NCBI GenBank assembly: GCA_036258175.1
Contig: DATAEE010000083.1
Location: forward strand, 27,752-91,751
Source: Vicinamibacterales bacterium
Lineage (GTDB): Bacteria > Acidobacteriota > Vicinamibacteria > Vicinamibacterales > 2-12-FULL-66-21
Direction: 5' to 3'
Length of the DNA stretch: 64,000 bases
Both the position numbers and the translations under genes were made by a program. Numbering within the stretch: the stretch's first letter is position 1; each line of letters opens with the position of its first letter. Of the stretch, positions 17,093 to 26,497 are shown piece after piece. The notes under the pieces are model-generated. The model made no database searches, had not been told where the DNA came from, and was given only the letters and a program-made list of their open reading frames with translations.

Positions 17093-19942
17093 ATGCGCCG
17101 CCGCCACCTCCGCTGGTCCATCGCGTTCGTCGCCCTGACGCTGACGTGGACGGCCCCGGCCGCCATGCAGACCGGCGCCAAACGTCCTATCACCCACGAC
17201 GTCTACGACTCCTGGCGGGCGATACAGGACTCGACACTGTCACGCGACGGCGTGTGGCTGGTTTACGTGCTCGCGCCACAGGACGGCGACGGGGAGCTGG
17301 TCATGCGGAACGTTCGCACGGGTGCCGAGCGCCGGCACGCCCGCGGCCGTGAACCCGTCGTCACCGCGGACGGCCGGTTCGTCATCTTCGCGGTGGCACC
17401 GCTCGATACGGAGCTGGACAAAGCAAAGAAGGAAAAGAAGAAGCCCGAAGAGCAGCCGAAGGCGGGCGTTGGGATGGTGAACCTGGAGAGCGGCGATGTG
17501 TTCACCGCCGACCGAGTGAAGAGCTTCAAGGTCCCCGAGGAATCGTCCCGGTACGTCGCGTGGCTCCACGAACCGCCGGCCGCACCGCGCAAGGACGACC
17601 AGAAAGACAGAGCCAGCTCCTCAGAGCAGGAAAAAGACAAAGCTGAGAAGAAAAACGAACCTGGCACCGACCTCGTCATTCGTGACCTCACGACGGGTAC
17701 GAACAACACGGTGAGCGGTGTCACCGATTACGCCTGGGCCAGAGACGGATCCCTCATCGCCTACACAGTGTCGACGGTGTCGGAGAAGGATGGCGTGTAC
17801 GTCCAGCCACCCGCCGGGTCGCAGCGTGCGCTGTTGACCGGCAAAGGACGCTACAAGGGATTGGCGATCGATCAGGCGGGCCGGCAGATCGCCTTCGTCA
17901 GCGATCGTGACGAGCACAACGGCCCTGCGCCGCGGTTCGATTTGTTTCTCGCGTCCAGTAGTGGCAGCGCGGAGAAAATTGTAGGTTCGACGACGGGCGG
18001 GATGCCGCCGGGCTTCTCCGTGAGCGAGCACGGACGTGTCGTGTTTTCGAAGGATGGCTCGCGATTGTTCTTCGGCACCGCCCCTGCGCCGAAACCCGAG
18101 CCGTCGAAAGACGCGCCCGAGCCCCTCAAAGTCGACTTGTGGCACTGGAAGGATCCGTTTCTCCAGACAGTGCAGAAGGTTCGTGCGGAATCAGACAAGA
18201 AGGAAAACTTTGTAGCCGTTGCGCTCCTCAGCGCGAAGGGCACCACGCCGAGGCTGACAAAGATGATTCAGCTCGGGTCGGAAGAAATCCCCGACGTCAC
18301 GGTCGGCGAGGGTTCGGAGACACTCTTCGGCAGATCGGACCTGCCATACCGCCAGCTCACCTCGTGGGACGGCGAGTACAACGACTATTACGTCTTCAAC
18401 CTGCCTGACGGTTCGAAGAAGCGCCTGGTCCAGAAGTCCGGATTTGACGCCCGGCTTTCGCCAGGCGGCGGATATGTCCTCTACTACACCGACGATAACG
18501 ATGGCTGGCACTCGGTCCGTTTGTCGGACGGCAAAGACGTCAACCTGACTGGACGTCTCGGCGTGCCATTCGTAGAGGAGGACTGGGACACGCCAGCGTC
18601 TCCAGCACCGTACGGTGTCGCAGGATGGACGGAAGGCGATCGCAGCGTACTGATTTACGACCGCTACGACGTGTGGGAGCTGAAACCGGACGGCTCCGGC
18701 GCACGCATGGTCACCGGCGGAGTCGGCCGCGGACAGAAGATCGTCTTCCGATATCAGCGTCAGGATGCACGCGGCGAGTCCGAGCCGTTCATCAAGACCA
18801 GCGAGCCGGTGCTGTTGACGGCCACCGACGATCGAACGAAGGACAGCGGTCTCTATCGCGCATCATGGGACGGACAATTGACCCGGCTGATGATGGTTCC
18901 CGCGGCCGTCGCGAACGTGCGCAAGGCGAAGGACGCGGACGTCTACGTCTTTACGCAGTCACGATTCGATGTCTTTCCTGATCTCTGGGTCAGTGACGGC
19001 TCCTTCAGCGCGCCGAAAAAGATCTCCGACGCCAATCCGCAGCAGGCGCAGTTCCGCTGGGGCAAGGCCGAGCTGATGAACTATGTCAACGCCGACGGCA
19101 AGCCGCTGCGCGCGACGCTGATCAAGCCGGACGACTTCGATCCGACGAAGAAGTACCCGCTGATGGTCTACATTTACGAGCAGCTGACACAGAACCTCCA
19201 CTCGTACGCTGCACCGGCGCCGAGCCACAGGATCAACCCGACGCGGTACGCCAGTAACGGCTACGTGATCCTGATGCCGGACATCGTGTACGACACGGGC
19301 TACCCAGGCGAGAGCGCAGAAAAGTGCGTAGTGCCGGCAGTGCACACCGTTGTCACCATGGGGTTCATCGATCCGGCGCGGATCGGCATTCAGGGCCACA
19401 GCTGGGGCGGGTATCAGATCACCCATCTCATCACCCGCACGAACATGTTTCGCGCGGTCGAAGCAGGCGCCTCCGTCTCGAACATGATCAGCGCCTACGG
19501 CGGAATCCGATGGGAGACCGGACGGTCGCGCGCCTTCCAGTACGAGAAAACGCAGAGCCGCATCGGCGCGCCGCCCTGGAGCCGGCCGCTGCAGTTCATC
19601 GAGAACTCACCAATCTTCTGGGTGGAGAAAGTGCAGACCCCCTACCTCACGATGCACAACGATGAAGACGGCGCGGTGCCCTGGTACCAGGGGATCGAGT
19701 TCTTCTCAGCGCTGCGCCGTCTCGGGAAGGAGGCCTATCTCTTCAACTACAACGGCGAGAAACACGGCCTCACGCAGCGCGAGACGCAGAAACACTTCAC
19801 CGTTCACATGGCCGAATTCTTCGACTACTACCTGCTCGGTCAGCCACGTCCCGAGTGGATGGACAAGGGCGTCCGCTATCTGGATCGGGGCACGCGCGAT
19901 CTCTCGGCGATCTATCGCACGGCGACGGAAGACAAGGATTAA
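17093..19942 (+). CDS. S9-family serine peptidase (prolyl oligopeptidase / acylaminoacyl-peptidase-like) with an N-terminal propeller
   Basis: ORF 16817.. trimmed to the ATG at 17093 (AGGAGA RBS, signal peptide). Catalytic Ser is in GIQGHSWGGYQ, with Asp in HNDEDGAVP and His in GEKHGL. Confidence 0.88.
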   Translation: MRRRHLRWSIAFVALTLTWTAPAAMQTGAKRPITHDVYDSWRAIQDSTLSRDGVWLVYVLAPQDGDGELVMRNVRTGAERRHARGREPVVTADGRFVIFAVAPLDTELDKAKKEKKKPEEQPKAGVGMVNLESGDVFTADRVKSFKVPEESSRYVAWLHEPPAAPRKDDQKDRASSSEQEKDKAEKKNEPGTDLVIRDLTTGTNNTVSGVTDYAWARDGSLIAYTVSTVSEKDGVYVQPPAGSQRALLTGKGRYKGLAIDQAGRQIAFVSDRDEHNGPAPRFDLFLASSSGSAEKIVGSTTGGMPPGFSVSEHGRVVFSKDGSRLFFGTAPAPKPEPSKDAPEPLKVDLWHWKDPFLQTVQKVRAESDKKENFVAVALLSAKGTTPRLTKMIQLGSEEIPDVTVGEGSETLFGRSDLPYRQLTSWDGEYNDYYVFNLPDGSKKRLVQKSGFDARLSPGGGYVLYYTDDNDGWHSVRLSDGKDVNLTGRLGVPFVEEDWDTPASPAPYGVAGWTEGDRSVLIYDRYDVWELKPDGSGARMVTGGVGRGQKIVFRYQRQDARGESEPFIKTSEPVLLTATDDRTKDSGLYRASWDGQLTRLMMVPAAVANVRKAKDADVYVFTQSRFDVFPDLWVSDGSFSAPKKISDANPQQAQFRWGKAELMNYVNADGKPLRATLIKPDDFDPTKKYPLMVYIYEQLTQNLHSYAAPAPSHRINPTRYASNGYVILMPDIVYDTGYPGESAEKCVVPAVHTVVTMGFIDPARIGIQGHSWGGYQITHLITRTNMFRAVEAGASVSNMISAYGGIRWETGRSRAFQYEKTQSRIGAPPWSRPLQFIENSPIFWVEKVQTPYLTMHNDEDGAVPWYQGIEFFSALRRLGKEAYLFNYNGEKHGLTQRETQKHFTVHMAEFFDYYLLGQPRPEWMDKGVRYLDRGTRDLSAIYRTATEDKD

Positions 19943-20895
19943 CGCTTAACGAGCGACTCGGAGGGTCTGGGCTCGTTGCGGGATGGGCCGGCGCCGCTGC
20001 GCTTCACGCGGTACAGCGCCTCGTCCGCGCGAGCCAGGAGGTCGTCGATCGTGCGCGGTTTGCGCACGGGCTGGCGCGCGGTTCCGACGCTCAGCGATAA
20101 CGTGTAGGCTGCCTCTTCGCGGGCGTTGCGCGCCTCGATCTGCCGCAGGAGCCTCGCGCGCAGCGCCTCCTCGAGGCTCTCATCCGCGTCCACGACGACG
20201 ACGGCAAACTCGTCTCCGCCGAGCCGCGCGATGATATCCACATCGCGGAACGTCGCCGTCAGCACCTGCGCGGTCGCGATCAGCGCTCGATCGCCTTCGG
20301 CGTGGCCAAACCGGTCATTGATTTGCTTCAGCCCGTCCAGGTCCGCCAGGACGACGACCAACCCCTGGCCGCGGCGGCGCGACAGCTTCAGCTGGCGCTC
20401 CGCGAGCGTAAAGAAACCGCGCCGGTTGTTCAGGCCCGTGAGCTCGTCGGTGAGCGACAGATTGACCAGCTCGCGCTGCAGCTGGTGTCGGTCGATTGCG
20501 TACCGAATCGATCGCGCCAGCATCCGCGGGTCGATCTCATCTTTGATGAGGTAATCCTGCGCCCCGGACTGCAGTGACTGCGCTGCGAGCCGCTCGTCCG
20601 CGGTGCTCGTCACTACGACAATCGGCACGTCCGGTGCTTCGGCTCGCACCGCGTGTACGGTCGCGATCCCCTGACTGTCGGGAAGGGAAAGGTCGAGGAG
20701 GACGAGGTCGACACCGCCCTGACCGAGCCGCGCCAGCCCGGCCGAGAGTCGCATCGCCGTGACAACTCTGTAATCGGCTTCGGCGACGCGCGCCGCGTCT
20801 GCCAGAACCAGTTCGGCCAGACGCAGATACCCTGCGTCGTCTTCGACGAGCAGAATCGTAAGCGGGGCGGAAGTGATGCTTCTGTCGAGAGGCAC
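19939..20895 (-). CDS. Response regulator (REC) fused to a GGDEF diguanylate cyclase
   Basis: REC domain: ILLVEDD...DLVLLDLSLPD. GGDEF domain: RLGGDEFAVVV with an intact RxxD I-site (RDVD) five residues upstream. Confidence 0.9.
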   Translation of the reverse strand: MPLDRSITSAPLTILLVEDDAGYLRLAELVLADAARVAEADYRVVTAMRLSAGLARLGQGGVDLVLLDLSLPDSQGIATVHAVRAEAPDVPIVVVTSTADERLAAQSLQSGAQDYLIKDEIDPRMLARSIRYAIDRHQLQRELVNLSLTDELTGLNNRRGFFTLAERQLKLSRRRGQGLVVVLADLDGLKQINDRFGHAEGDRALIATAQVLTATFRDVDIIARLGGDEFAVVVVDADESLEEALRARLLRQIEARNAREEAAYTLSLSVGTARQPVRKPRTIDDLLARADEALYRVKRSGAGPSRNEPRPSESLVKR

Positions 20896-20950
20896 GTTCA
20901 GCCGCTCCGATCGTCCTGCCCAGCGGGACGGGATCGATTATAACCGGCGG

Positions 20951-22990
20951 TCACCAGCTGGGCCACGACTGCTCCCATCCGATTGTCAGCGCGGCGCGGC
21001 CGTCTCGCAGGCCGCGCGCGACGTCGACCGCAATCGCTCCGCCGTCAGCTGGGCCGCGAAGCCGGACGCCAAATCCGGCGTCAACGTGCAGCCGCTCATC
21101 GCCCGACAGCGATCGCCACGCACGCGCGCTGTCCATGAACATCACGCCGTCGAGGCGCATCAGCATGCGCGAGAGGAGTGTTCGACTGACTTCCACGCTC
21201 GCATGCGCCAGACGCTGACCGAAGACATCACCGGTGATGACGCCATCCTCGAGCAACGGATGGGCGCGGAGCCGCGGCGAGCGGGCGTGACCCGCACCGG
21301 CGCCAGGCCACAGATCGAACGGCGCGCGAGCGGTCGCAGCTTCGAAACCGGCGCGCGCGCGTAACAAGAAGGACTCCGTCCGCCCCGTACGTGATGCGAT
21401 GAGTACCCGGCCGGCGCCAAATCCTGCGGCCGCCGGCCAGAGCGAACCCTCGACACGCGCGGCAACTGCGTCGTCGAAGAGACGCTGTTCAACGGCGCCG
21501 TCGACGAACGCGGACGCCGTCCGGCCCGACCATCGATCCACGCCCGTTCCCGCTTCAACGCGCGTCGCCCCCGTCAGCCAGTCCGCAAATCGGATGCCCA
21601 CATGGCGCCGCTCGTCGACAACCATCGTCGAATCGCCGAGCGCGTACGGCTGGCGCGACCAGCCGCCTTCGATCGTCCAGAGTCCCGTTACGCCGAACAA
21701 CGACGGCGCCTCGGCGCTCAACGTGACCGCAGGACGGTTGTCCCAGAATCGCCATGCGGCGTTGAAGCGCTCGCCGCCAGGCGTCAGGCCGGTCACGCTC
21801 GCAGCGATCTCGCGTTCCACCGCTGCGCGAGCCGCCTGCCGCAGGACTGCGAGCCTCGACGGTCGAAGCGGCCGCTCGACGATGGCGACGTCGACGTCCG
21901 CGAGACCATTGGCCGCGGGTGTGTAGCTCACGCGCGACGCGCTCGCCGAAGGCAGCGCCGCGATCCGCCGGCGCGCACGAGCGAGCGACGCGGGCGTCAG
22001 AACGGTGCCGGCTTCGACATCAACGAGGTTCTCGACGACGCGGTGACTCGTATTCTCCAGGCCCGCAACTCGAACAAGATCCAGGCGAGGCTCGTCGAGC
22101 CGGTTCCAGGCCTCGAGCGCGCCCGACGCGTCCCCTTCGACGAACCGGCTCGACGCCAGAACACGCCAGGCGTGATCGGACTCCGGCGCCAGTTCCACGG
22201 CGCGCGCTGCGAACGTCCCGGCTTCGTCCCATTTCTGATCGAGGAACCGTACCCCGGCGAGCTCGAGGTTCGCGTCAGCCGATGCGGGACAGAGCGCGAC
22301 GGCCGCTTCGAGCGTCTGCGCAGCGGCAATGCGATCGCCGGCGCGGACAAGCCGGACGCCTTCCGTCACGAGCGATGCGCACGCAGAGTCGGACGGCGAC
22401 TGCGCACCAGGCTGGGCCTGCGCACCAGGCACCGACCCGGCACCAGGCACCCGTTCCGCACCAGGCACCCGGCACGAGGCACAAGGCACCGGAACGATCG
22501 CCCAGCGTCCCGTGCCGGACCACGCGCGATCGAATTCTGTCCGCGCGATCGTCCGTAGCGGTGCGCGCGCAGGATCGTGATAGATAATTCGCTCCGCGGT
22601 CGAGCCGACGATCACGACGTAGTGATAGCGGCCCGGCTGGTCTTCGATCATCGCCACTACGGGACGGCCGCGCGCAATCTGGCGCGCGAGCCCGTCGGTG
22701 TCAGAGATCTCGAGAGTAATCAGCTGCAGGCCGCGCGTTCGCAACTCGCCGGTGAGCGCCGACTGGCGGATTCCTCCCGCGTCGTCGTCCACGAGACCGG
22801 CGAAATCCTCGGCCCTGACGCCACGCGCGCCCCAGTACCGAAGAACCATCGCCGCGGCCGCACCGCCGCAGAGGCGCTCGGACTGCGAGACGAATGGAAC
22901 GTCGAGCAGGCCAGCCGCGGACACGAGCGAGGGCACGGCGAGCGCAAGTAGCATCGTGCCCATCCGCGTCCCCGCCCGTCGAGCGCTCAT
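20951..22990 (-). CDS. C39-like cysteine peptidase domain + TPR + POTRA + outer-membrane beta-barrel fusion protein
   Basis: ATG at 22990 with an AGGAG RBS, followed by a signal peptide. VPFVSQSERLCGGAAAAMVLRYWG carries the Cys and RYHYVVIVG...HDP carries His/Asp. TPR-like helices follow. The POTRA-like segment is LVRVAGLENTSHRVVENLVDVEAGTVL...VDVAIVERP. About 330 aa of alternating beta pattern ends in ...SWPSW (aromatic C-terminus). Confidence 0.7.
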   Translation of the reverse strand: MSARRAGTRMGTMLLALAVPSLVSAAGLLDVPFVSQSERLCGGAAAAMVLRYWGARGVRAEDFAGLVDDDAGGIRQSALTGELRTRGLQLITLEISDTDGLARQIARGRPVVAMIEDQPGRYHYVVIVGSTAERIIYHDPARAPLRTIARTEFDRAWSGTGRWAIVPVPCASCRVPGAERVPGAGSVPGAQAQPGAQSPSDSACASLVTEGVRLVRAGDRIAAAQTLEAAVALCPASADANLELAGVRFLDQKWDEAGTFAARAVELAPESDHAWRVLASSRFVEGDASGALEAWNRLDEPRLDLVRVAGLENTSHRVVENLVDVEAGTVLTPASLARARRRIAALPSASASRVSYTPAANGLADVDVAIVERPLRPSRLAVLRQAARAAVEREIAASVTGLTPGGERFNAAWRFWDNRPAVTLSAEAPSLFGVTGLWTIEGGWSRQPYALGDSTMVVDERRHVGIRFADWLTGATRVEAGTGVDRWSGRTASAFVDGAVEQRLFDDAVAARVEGSLWPAAAGFGAGRVLIASRTGRTESFLLRARAGFEAATARAPFDLWPGAGAGHARSPRLRAHPLLEDGVITGDVFGQRLAHASVEVSRTLLSRMLMRLDGVMFMDSARAWRSLSGDERLHVDAGFGVRLRGPADGGAIAVDVARGLRDGRAALTIGWEQSWPSW
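22402..22490. repeat. In-CDS irregular gcaccaggc(ac) repeats (linker PVPCASCRVPGAERVPGAGSVPGAQAQPGAQ)
   Basis: Read directly: ctgcgcaccaggc occurs twice, followed by several gcaccaggcacc variants. Confidence 0.7.
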
Positions 22991-23014
22991 TCCCAATCTC
23001 CTGTGAACCAGAGG

Positions 23015-23410
23015 TCAGTCAGCCAGCAGGATGATCACGATGACGATCAAGAGAATGATGATGATCGTCGTTGCGGTGATCACGACGGTGGTTGCACCAC
23101 CCGCAAGATCCTGTTCGATCTGCGACGCGTACTGGGCTGCCTGTGCGAGCTCGGCGCCGTCGAGCAGGCGCACCGCGGAGTCGGCCCGCGTCAGGTCGAC
23201 GCCCAGCCTCGCGGCGACGTCTTTCACTTCCTGCCGCGCGAGGACGCGGCGGACCGTCGCGCGATCCGCTTCCGCGCGCGCCGCGGCCGCGGCCACCGCC
23301 TGATCGAGCGTGGCGCGATCGGCGACGTGGGTCTGCTGCTGGGCGCCGGCAGATGGTGCAATCAGCCAGAGCGACAGGAACACCGCCAGCGTCTTTCGAA
23401 CGATCTGCAT
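23015..23410 (-). CDS. Small exported protein with a C-terminal hydrophobic anchor (PA2779-family-like, tentative)
   Basis: ORF trimmed to the ATG at 23410. Signal peptide MQIVRKTLAVFLSLWLIAPSAGAQ, a helical Ala/Arg-rich core (VRRVLARQEVKDVAARLGVDL), then LAGG followed by TTVVITATTIIIILLIVIVIILLAD. It ends 24 nt upstream of the peptidase-barrel gene. Confidence 0.6.
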   Translation of the reverse strand: MQIVRKTLAVFLSLWLIAPSAGAQQQTHVADRATLDQAVAAAAARAEADRATVRRVLARQEVKDVAARLGVDLTRADSAVRLLDGAELAQAAQYASQIEQDLAGGATTVVITATTIIIILLIVIVIILLAD

Positions 23411-23503
23411 GTGCAAGCCTCCAGAAACAAGCACCCGGAGGTCGATTCCGGGCGCGGCGGAAATAAGCATATTTCGTGCCCGGCTGATCTATGCTGTGCA
23501 GCC

Positions 23504-25165
23504 GTGCACATTTGTTCACGCCGCACGTTCCTGCGATCGCTGGGCGTCGTGGCTGCCGCGCCGCTGTCCATCCCGCAACGCGATGCGCCGCAACTCGTCC
23601 TGCACGGCGGCCGCCTTCTGACGATGAACACGGCGGCACCGGTCGCCGAGGCGATTGCCATTGCGGGTGAACGCATCATCGCCGTTGGCACCTCGAGCGA
23701 CATGCTGGCGCTCGCCGGGCCGCGGACCACGCGCGTCGACCTCAGTGGCCGCACCGTCGTCCCTGGTTTTATCGACGCGCATTCACATCCGGCGAGCGCG
23801 GGACGGCTGCATCTCAGGGAAGTCGACTGCGATCTGCGATCGATTGCCGACATCCAGGCGGCGATTCGCAAGCGGGCCGCGGAAACGCCGAAAGGGAAGT
23901 GGGTCCTCGGCTTCAAGTACGACGACACGAAGACGAAGGAAGGACGAACGCTGAGCCGCGCCGATCTCGACGCCGCGGCGCCCGACCATCCTGTTCGGAT
24001 CAGTCATCGCGGCGGCCACACGGCCTACGTCAACTCCGCGGCATTCGACCGGGCGCGGATCGACGGGCGGACGCCGGATCCGCCCGGCGGAAAAATCGAT
24101 CGTGACGCGGCGGGCCAGCCATCGGGCCGGCTCGCGGAGACTGCGACCGATCTCATCGACAAACTCACCACCACGCCGCTGACGAGGAACGACTACCGCG
24201 CCGGCGTCAAGCTCATCTCGAACATGCTGTCGCGCGCCGGCATCACGTCGGTCCACGACGCGGCTGGGTCGCCGGACGATCTTCGCGCGTATCGCGACGC
24301 GCGCGCCGCCGGCGAGCTCTCCGTGCGCGTCTACTGCCTGATGGCCCACCGGCATGTGCCGGATCTCATCGCCAAAGGCATCCAGACGGGCGAGGGTGAC
24401 GAATGGGTCCGCGTGGGCGCGATGAAGATGACCTGTGACGGCTCGATCTCCGAGCGCACCGCCAGGCTCTCGGAGCCGTACGTCGGCAGACCGGACGACC
24501 GGGGCATCCTCGTGATGGACGAGGCGGCGCTCACCGAGCGCGCGCTGCCCGCGCACAAAGCGGGCTGGCAACTCGGCATCCACGCCAACGGCGACGTCGC
24601 GATAGATATCGTCCTCCGTCTCTACGAGCGTCTGCAGCGCGAAGCCCCGCGGAAGGATCCTCGCTTCCGCATCGAGCACTGCACCCTCGTGACTCCGGCG
24701 CTCATCGACCGGATGCGCGCGCTGGGCGTGATTCCCAATCCGTTCTCCACGTACGTGTACTTCCACGGCGAGAAGATGCGCGAGTACGGTGCCGCCAGGC
24801 TCGAGCGGATGTTTGCCGTGCGGAGTTTCCTCGACGCGGGCTTGCGGGTGACGCAGACCTCCGACTATCCACCCGGCCCGTTCGAGCCGATGATGGCCCT
24901 CCAGTCGAGCGTCACGCGCACGGACATGCGGGGAACCGTCTGGGGCTCGTCCCAGCGCGTAACCGTGGAGGAAGCGCTCCGCGTCGGGACGCTGCATGGT
25001 GCGTTCGCGTCTTACGAGGAATCGCTGAAGGGTTCACTCGAACCGGGCAAGCTCGCCGATCTCGTCGTCCTCGGCCGCGACCCGCTGACAGCGGATCCCG
25101 GTACGCTCGTCGACATTCCGATCGAGCGCACGATGGCCGGAGGGAGATGGGTCTACGAGAGCTGA
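23504..25165 (+). CDS. Exported amidohydrolase-superfamily metallohydrolase (Amidohydro_3-like)
   Basis: ORF 23003.. trimmed to the in-frame GTG at 23504 (Tat-like SRRTFLRSLGVVAAAPL). PGFIDAHSHP is the HxH metal motif. The 167 upstream codons overlap the opposite-strand small gene. Confidence 0.8.
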   Translation: MHICSRRTFLRSLGVVAAAPLSIPQRDAPQLVLHGGRLLTMNTAAPVAEAIAIAGERIIAVGTSSDMLALAGPRTTRVDLSGRTVVPGFIDAHSHPASAGRLHLREVDCDLRSIADIQAAIRKRAAETPKGKWVLGFKYDDTKTKEGRTLSRADLDAAAPDHPVRISHRGGHTAYVNSAAFDRARIDGRTPDPPGGKIDRDAAGQPSGRLAETATDLIDKLTTTPLTRNDYRAGVKLISNMLSRAGITSVHDAAGSPDDLRAYRDARAAGELSVRVYCLMAHRHVPDLIAKGIQTGEGDEWVRVGAMKMTCDGSISERTARLSEPYVGRPDDRGILVMDEAALTERALPAHKAGWQLGIHANGDVAIDIVLRLYERLQREAPRKDPRFRIEHCTLVTPALIDRMRALGVIPNPFSTYVYFHGEKMREYGAARLERMFAVRSFLDAGLRVTQTSDYPPGPFEPMMALQSSVTRTDMRGTVWGSSQRVTVEEALRVGTLHGAFASYEESLKGSLEPGKLADLVVLGRDPLTADPGTLVDIPIERTMAGGRWVYES

Positions 25166-25384
25166 CTAGCCGACTTTCTGCCAGCCGCGTGCTTGAAGCC
25201 GGACTCGCAGCCGGTCGGCGTGCGCGCGCGCCGCGTCGGCGTCCGGCAGCCGCTCCATGATGGCAAGCGTGCCGTCCTGAAAGACCTGCAGCTCCGCGAA
25301 GCCCGCCTCGTGCAGCAGCACGCAGCGCATGACGCTGTCGCTGGCTCTAATCGTCCACAGAAATTCCTGCTTCGCTTCGGCCAT
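25166..25384 (-). CDS. Hypothetical small protein (72 aa)
   Basis: High third-position GC and a clean ORF. No family recognised. Confidence 0.45.
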   Translation of the reverse strand: MAEAKQEFLWTIRASDSVMRCVLLHEAGFAELQVFQDGTLAIMERLPDADAARAHADRLRVRLQARGWQKVG

Positions 25385-25452
25385 CCAGACACCCGGCCAG
25401 TACTTCCGCGCTGCGGAGTCGACGGTTGTGTGGGAGGAGATTTGAGACTAAC

Positions 25453-25470
25453 ACCGGCTCATGAGCCGGT
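25453..25470 (-). terminator. Perfect 18-nt palindrome abutting the DUF2892 stop codon
   Basis: accggctcatgagccggt. There is no U-tract, so terminator function is uncertain. Confidence 0.3.
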
Positions 25471-25694
25471 CAAGACATACGACGCACCCGATTGTCCCTG
25501 GTGGTGAGTCCGAGCGCGTGACACGTGACGCAATATCCGGAAAGACTGCTCGCGAGTGCCATCAGCCCCACGATGCCGAGGCCAATGCGCGCAACCCGGG
25601 GCACTTCCGGCGCGACAATCGTGATGACGATGGTCGCGCCGCCGATCACCAGGTAGGCCAGGCGATGCAGCCCGCCCATGTTTCGCGGCAGCAC
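25470..25694 (-). CDS. DUF2892 (YgaP-like) two-helix membrane protein
   Basis: NMGGLHRLAYLVIGGATIV...GLMALASSLSGYCVTCHALG matches the DUF2892 pattern. Confidence 0.65.
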   Translation of the reverse strand: MLPRNMGGLHRLAYLVIGGATIVITIVAPEVPRVARIGLGIVGLMALASSLSGYCVTCHALGLTTRDNRVRRMS

Positions 25695-25715
25695 GGGATC
25701 ACTATAACAAGGTGC

Positions 25716-26480
25716 TCAGGGTGCCAAGCGGGCTTCCACCGCCTTCAGCCAATTCCAGCGGATGATCCAGCTGCCGGGATAAATCACGCACCAGTAGCGC
25801 GCGAAGCGGCGCTGCGTTTCAGGATCGACCGCGTGAACGCGGGTCTCGGTCGTCACTTTCGTCCAGCCGTTCCCCTCGCCGACGATGCGGAAGTTCATCG
25901 CAGCGCGCGCAAAGCCGGGGCGGTCCAGCGTGCGAAAGATACCGGGATCGAGCGCGGGCACATCGCCGCGCGTTGCGGCGCGTCTGACGTCGGGCGGAGC
26001 GATGACGACCGTGCCGAGGAGCAGCTCGCGGTCCACCTCTTCTCCCAGGAGCACGAATCCGCCCGCCAGCGCGACGTCGATGATTGGTCGCTCGTCGGGC
26101 GGATTGAGGATGTGCTCACTCTGACTCTGGCGCCGCGGATTGCGGATGAACGTGAGCGTGCGGAATAGAAAAATGTCCGAGGCGGTTACCCGGCGGATCG
26201 CCGCGGCCACCTGCTGTGGCGTCGCCTGGACGCGCCGCTCGTGGTACTCGCCGAACTGCCACTCTGGAAGCCACTGATCGAGTAGCGTGTCGCGGGCGGT
26301 CGCCGTGTGTGTCGGGTGGGGAAGCGCTGCGGCAACGAGCACGATGCCCAGGCCGGCGGCTGCGATGAGGACTGCGCGCCGCCGCGTGCGAATGCCTACG
26401 AGACGGACCGGCCAGATGAGGCTGACGAGGCCGGCGACCATCGTCACGGCCCCGACGTAAAAGAGCGCGGAAGCCGCCAC
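25716..26480 (-). CDS. Membrane-anchored hypothetical protein (two N-terminal TM helices plus a globular domain)
   Basis: GTG start. No family recognised with confidence (possibly SRPBCC-like). Confidence 0.5.
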   Translation of the reverse strand: MAASALFYVGAVTMVAGLVSLIWPVRLVGIRTRRRAVLIAAAGLGIVLVAAALPHPTHTATARDTLLDQWLPEWQFGEYHERRVQATPQQVAAAIRRVTASDIFLFRTLTFIRNPRRQSQSEHILNPPDERPIIDVALAGGFVLLGEEVDRELLLGTVVIAPPDVRRAATRGDVPALDPGIFRTLDRPGFARAAMNFRIVGEGNGWTKVTTETRVHAVDPETQRRFARYWCVIYPGSWIIRWNWLKAVEARLAP

Positions 26481-26497
26481 GTCGCTATTATCTACTC

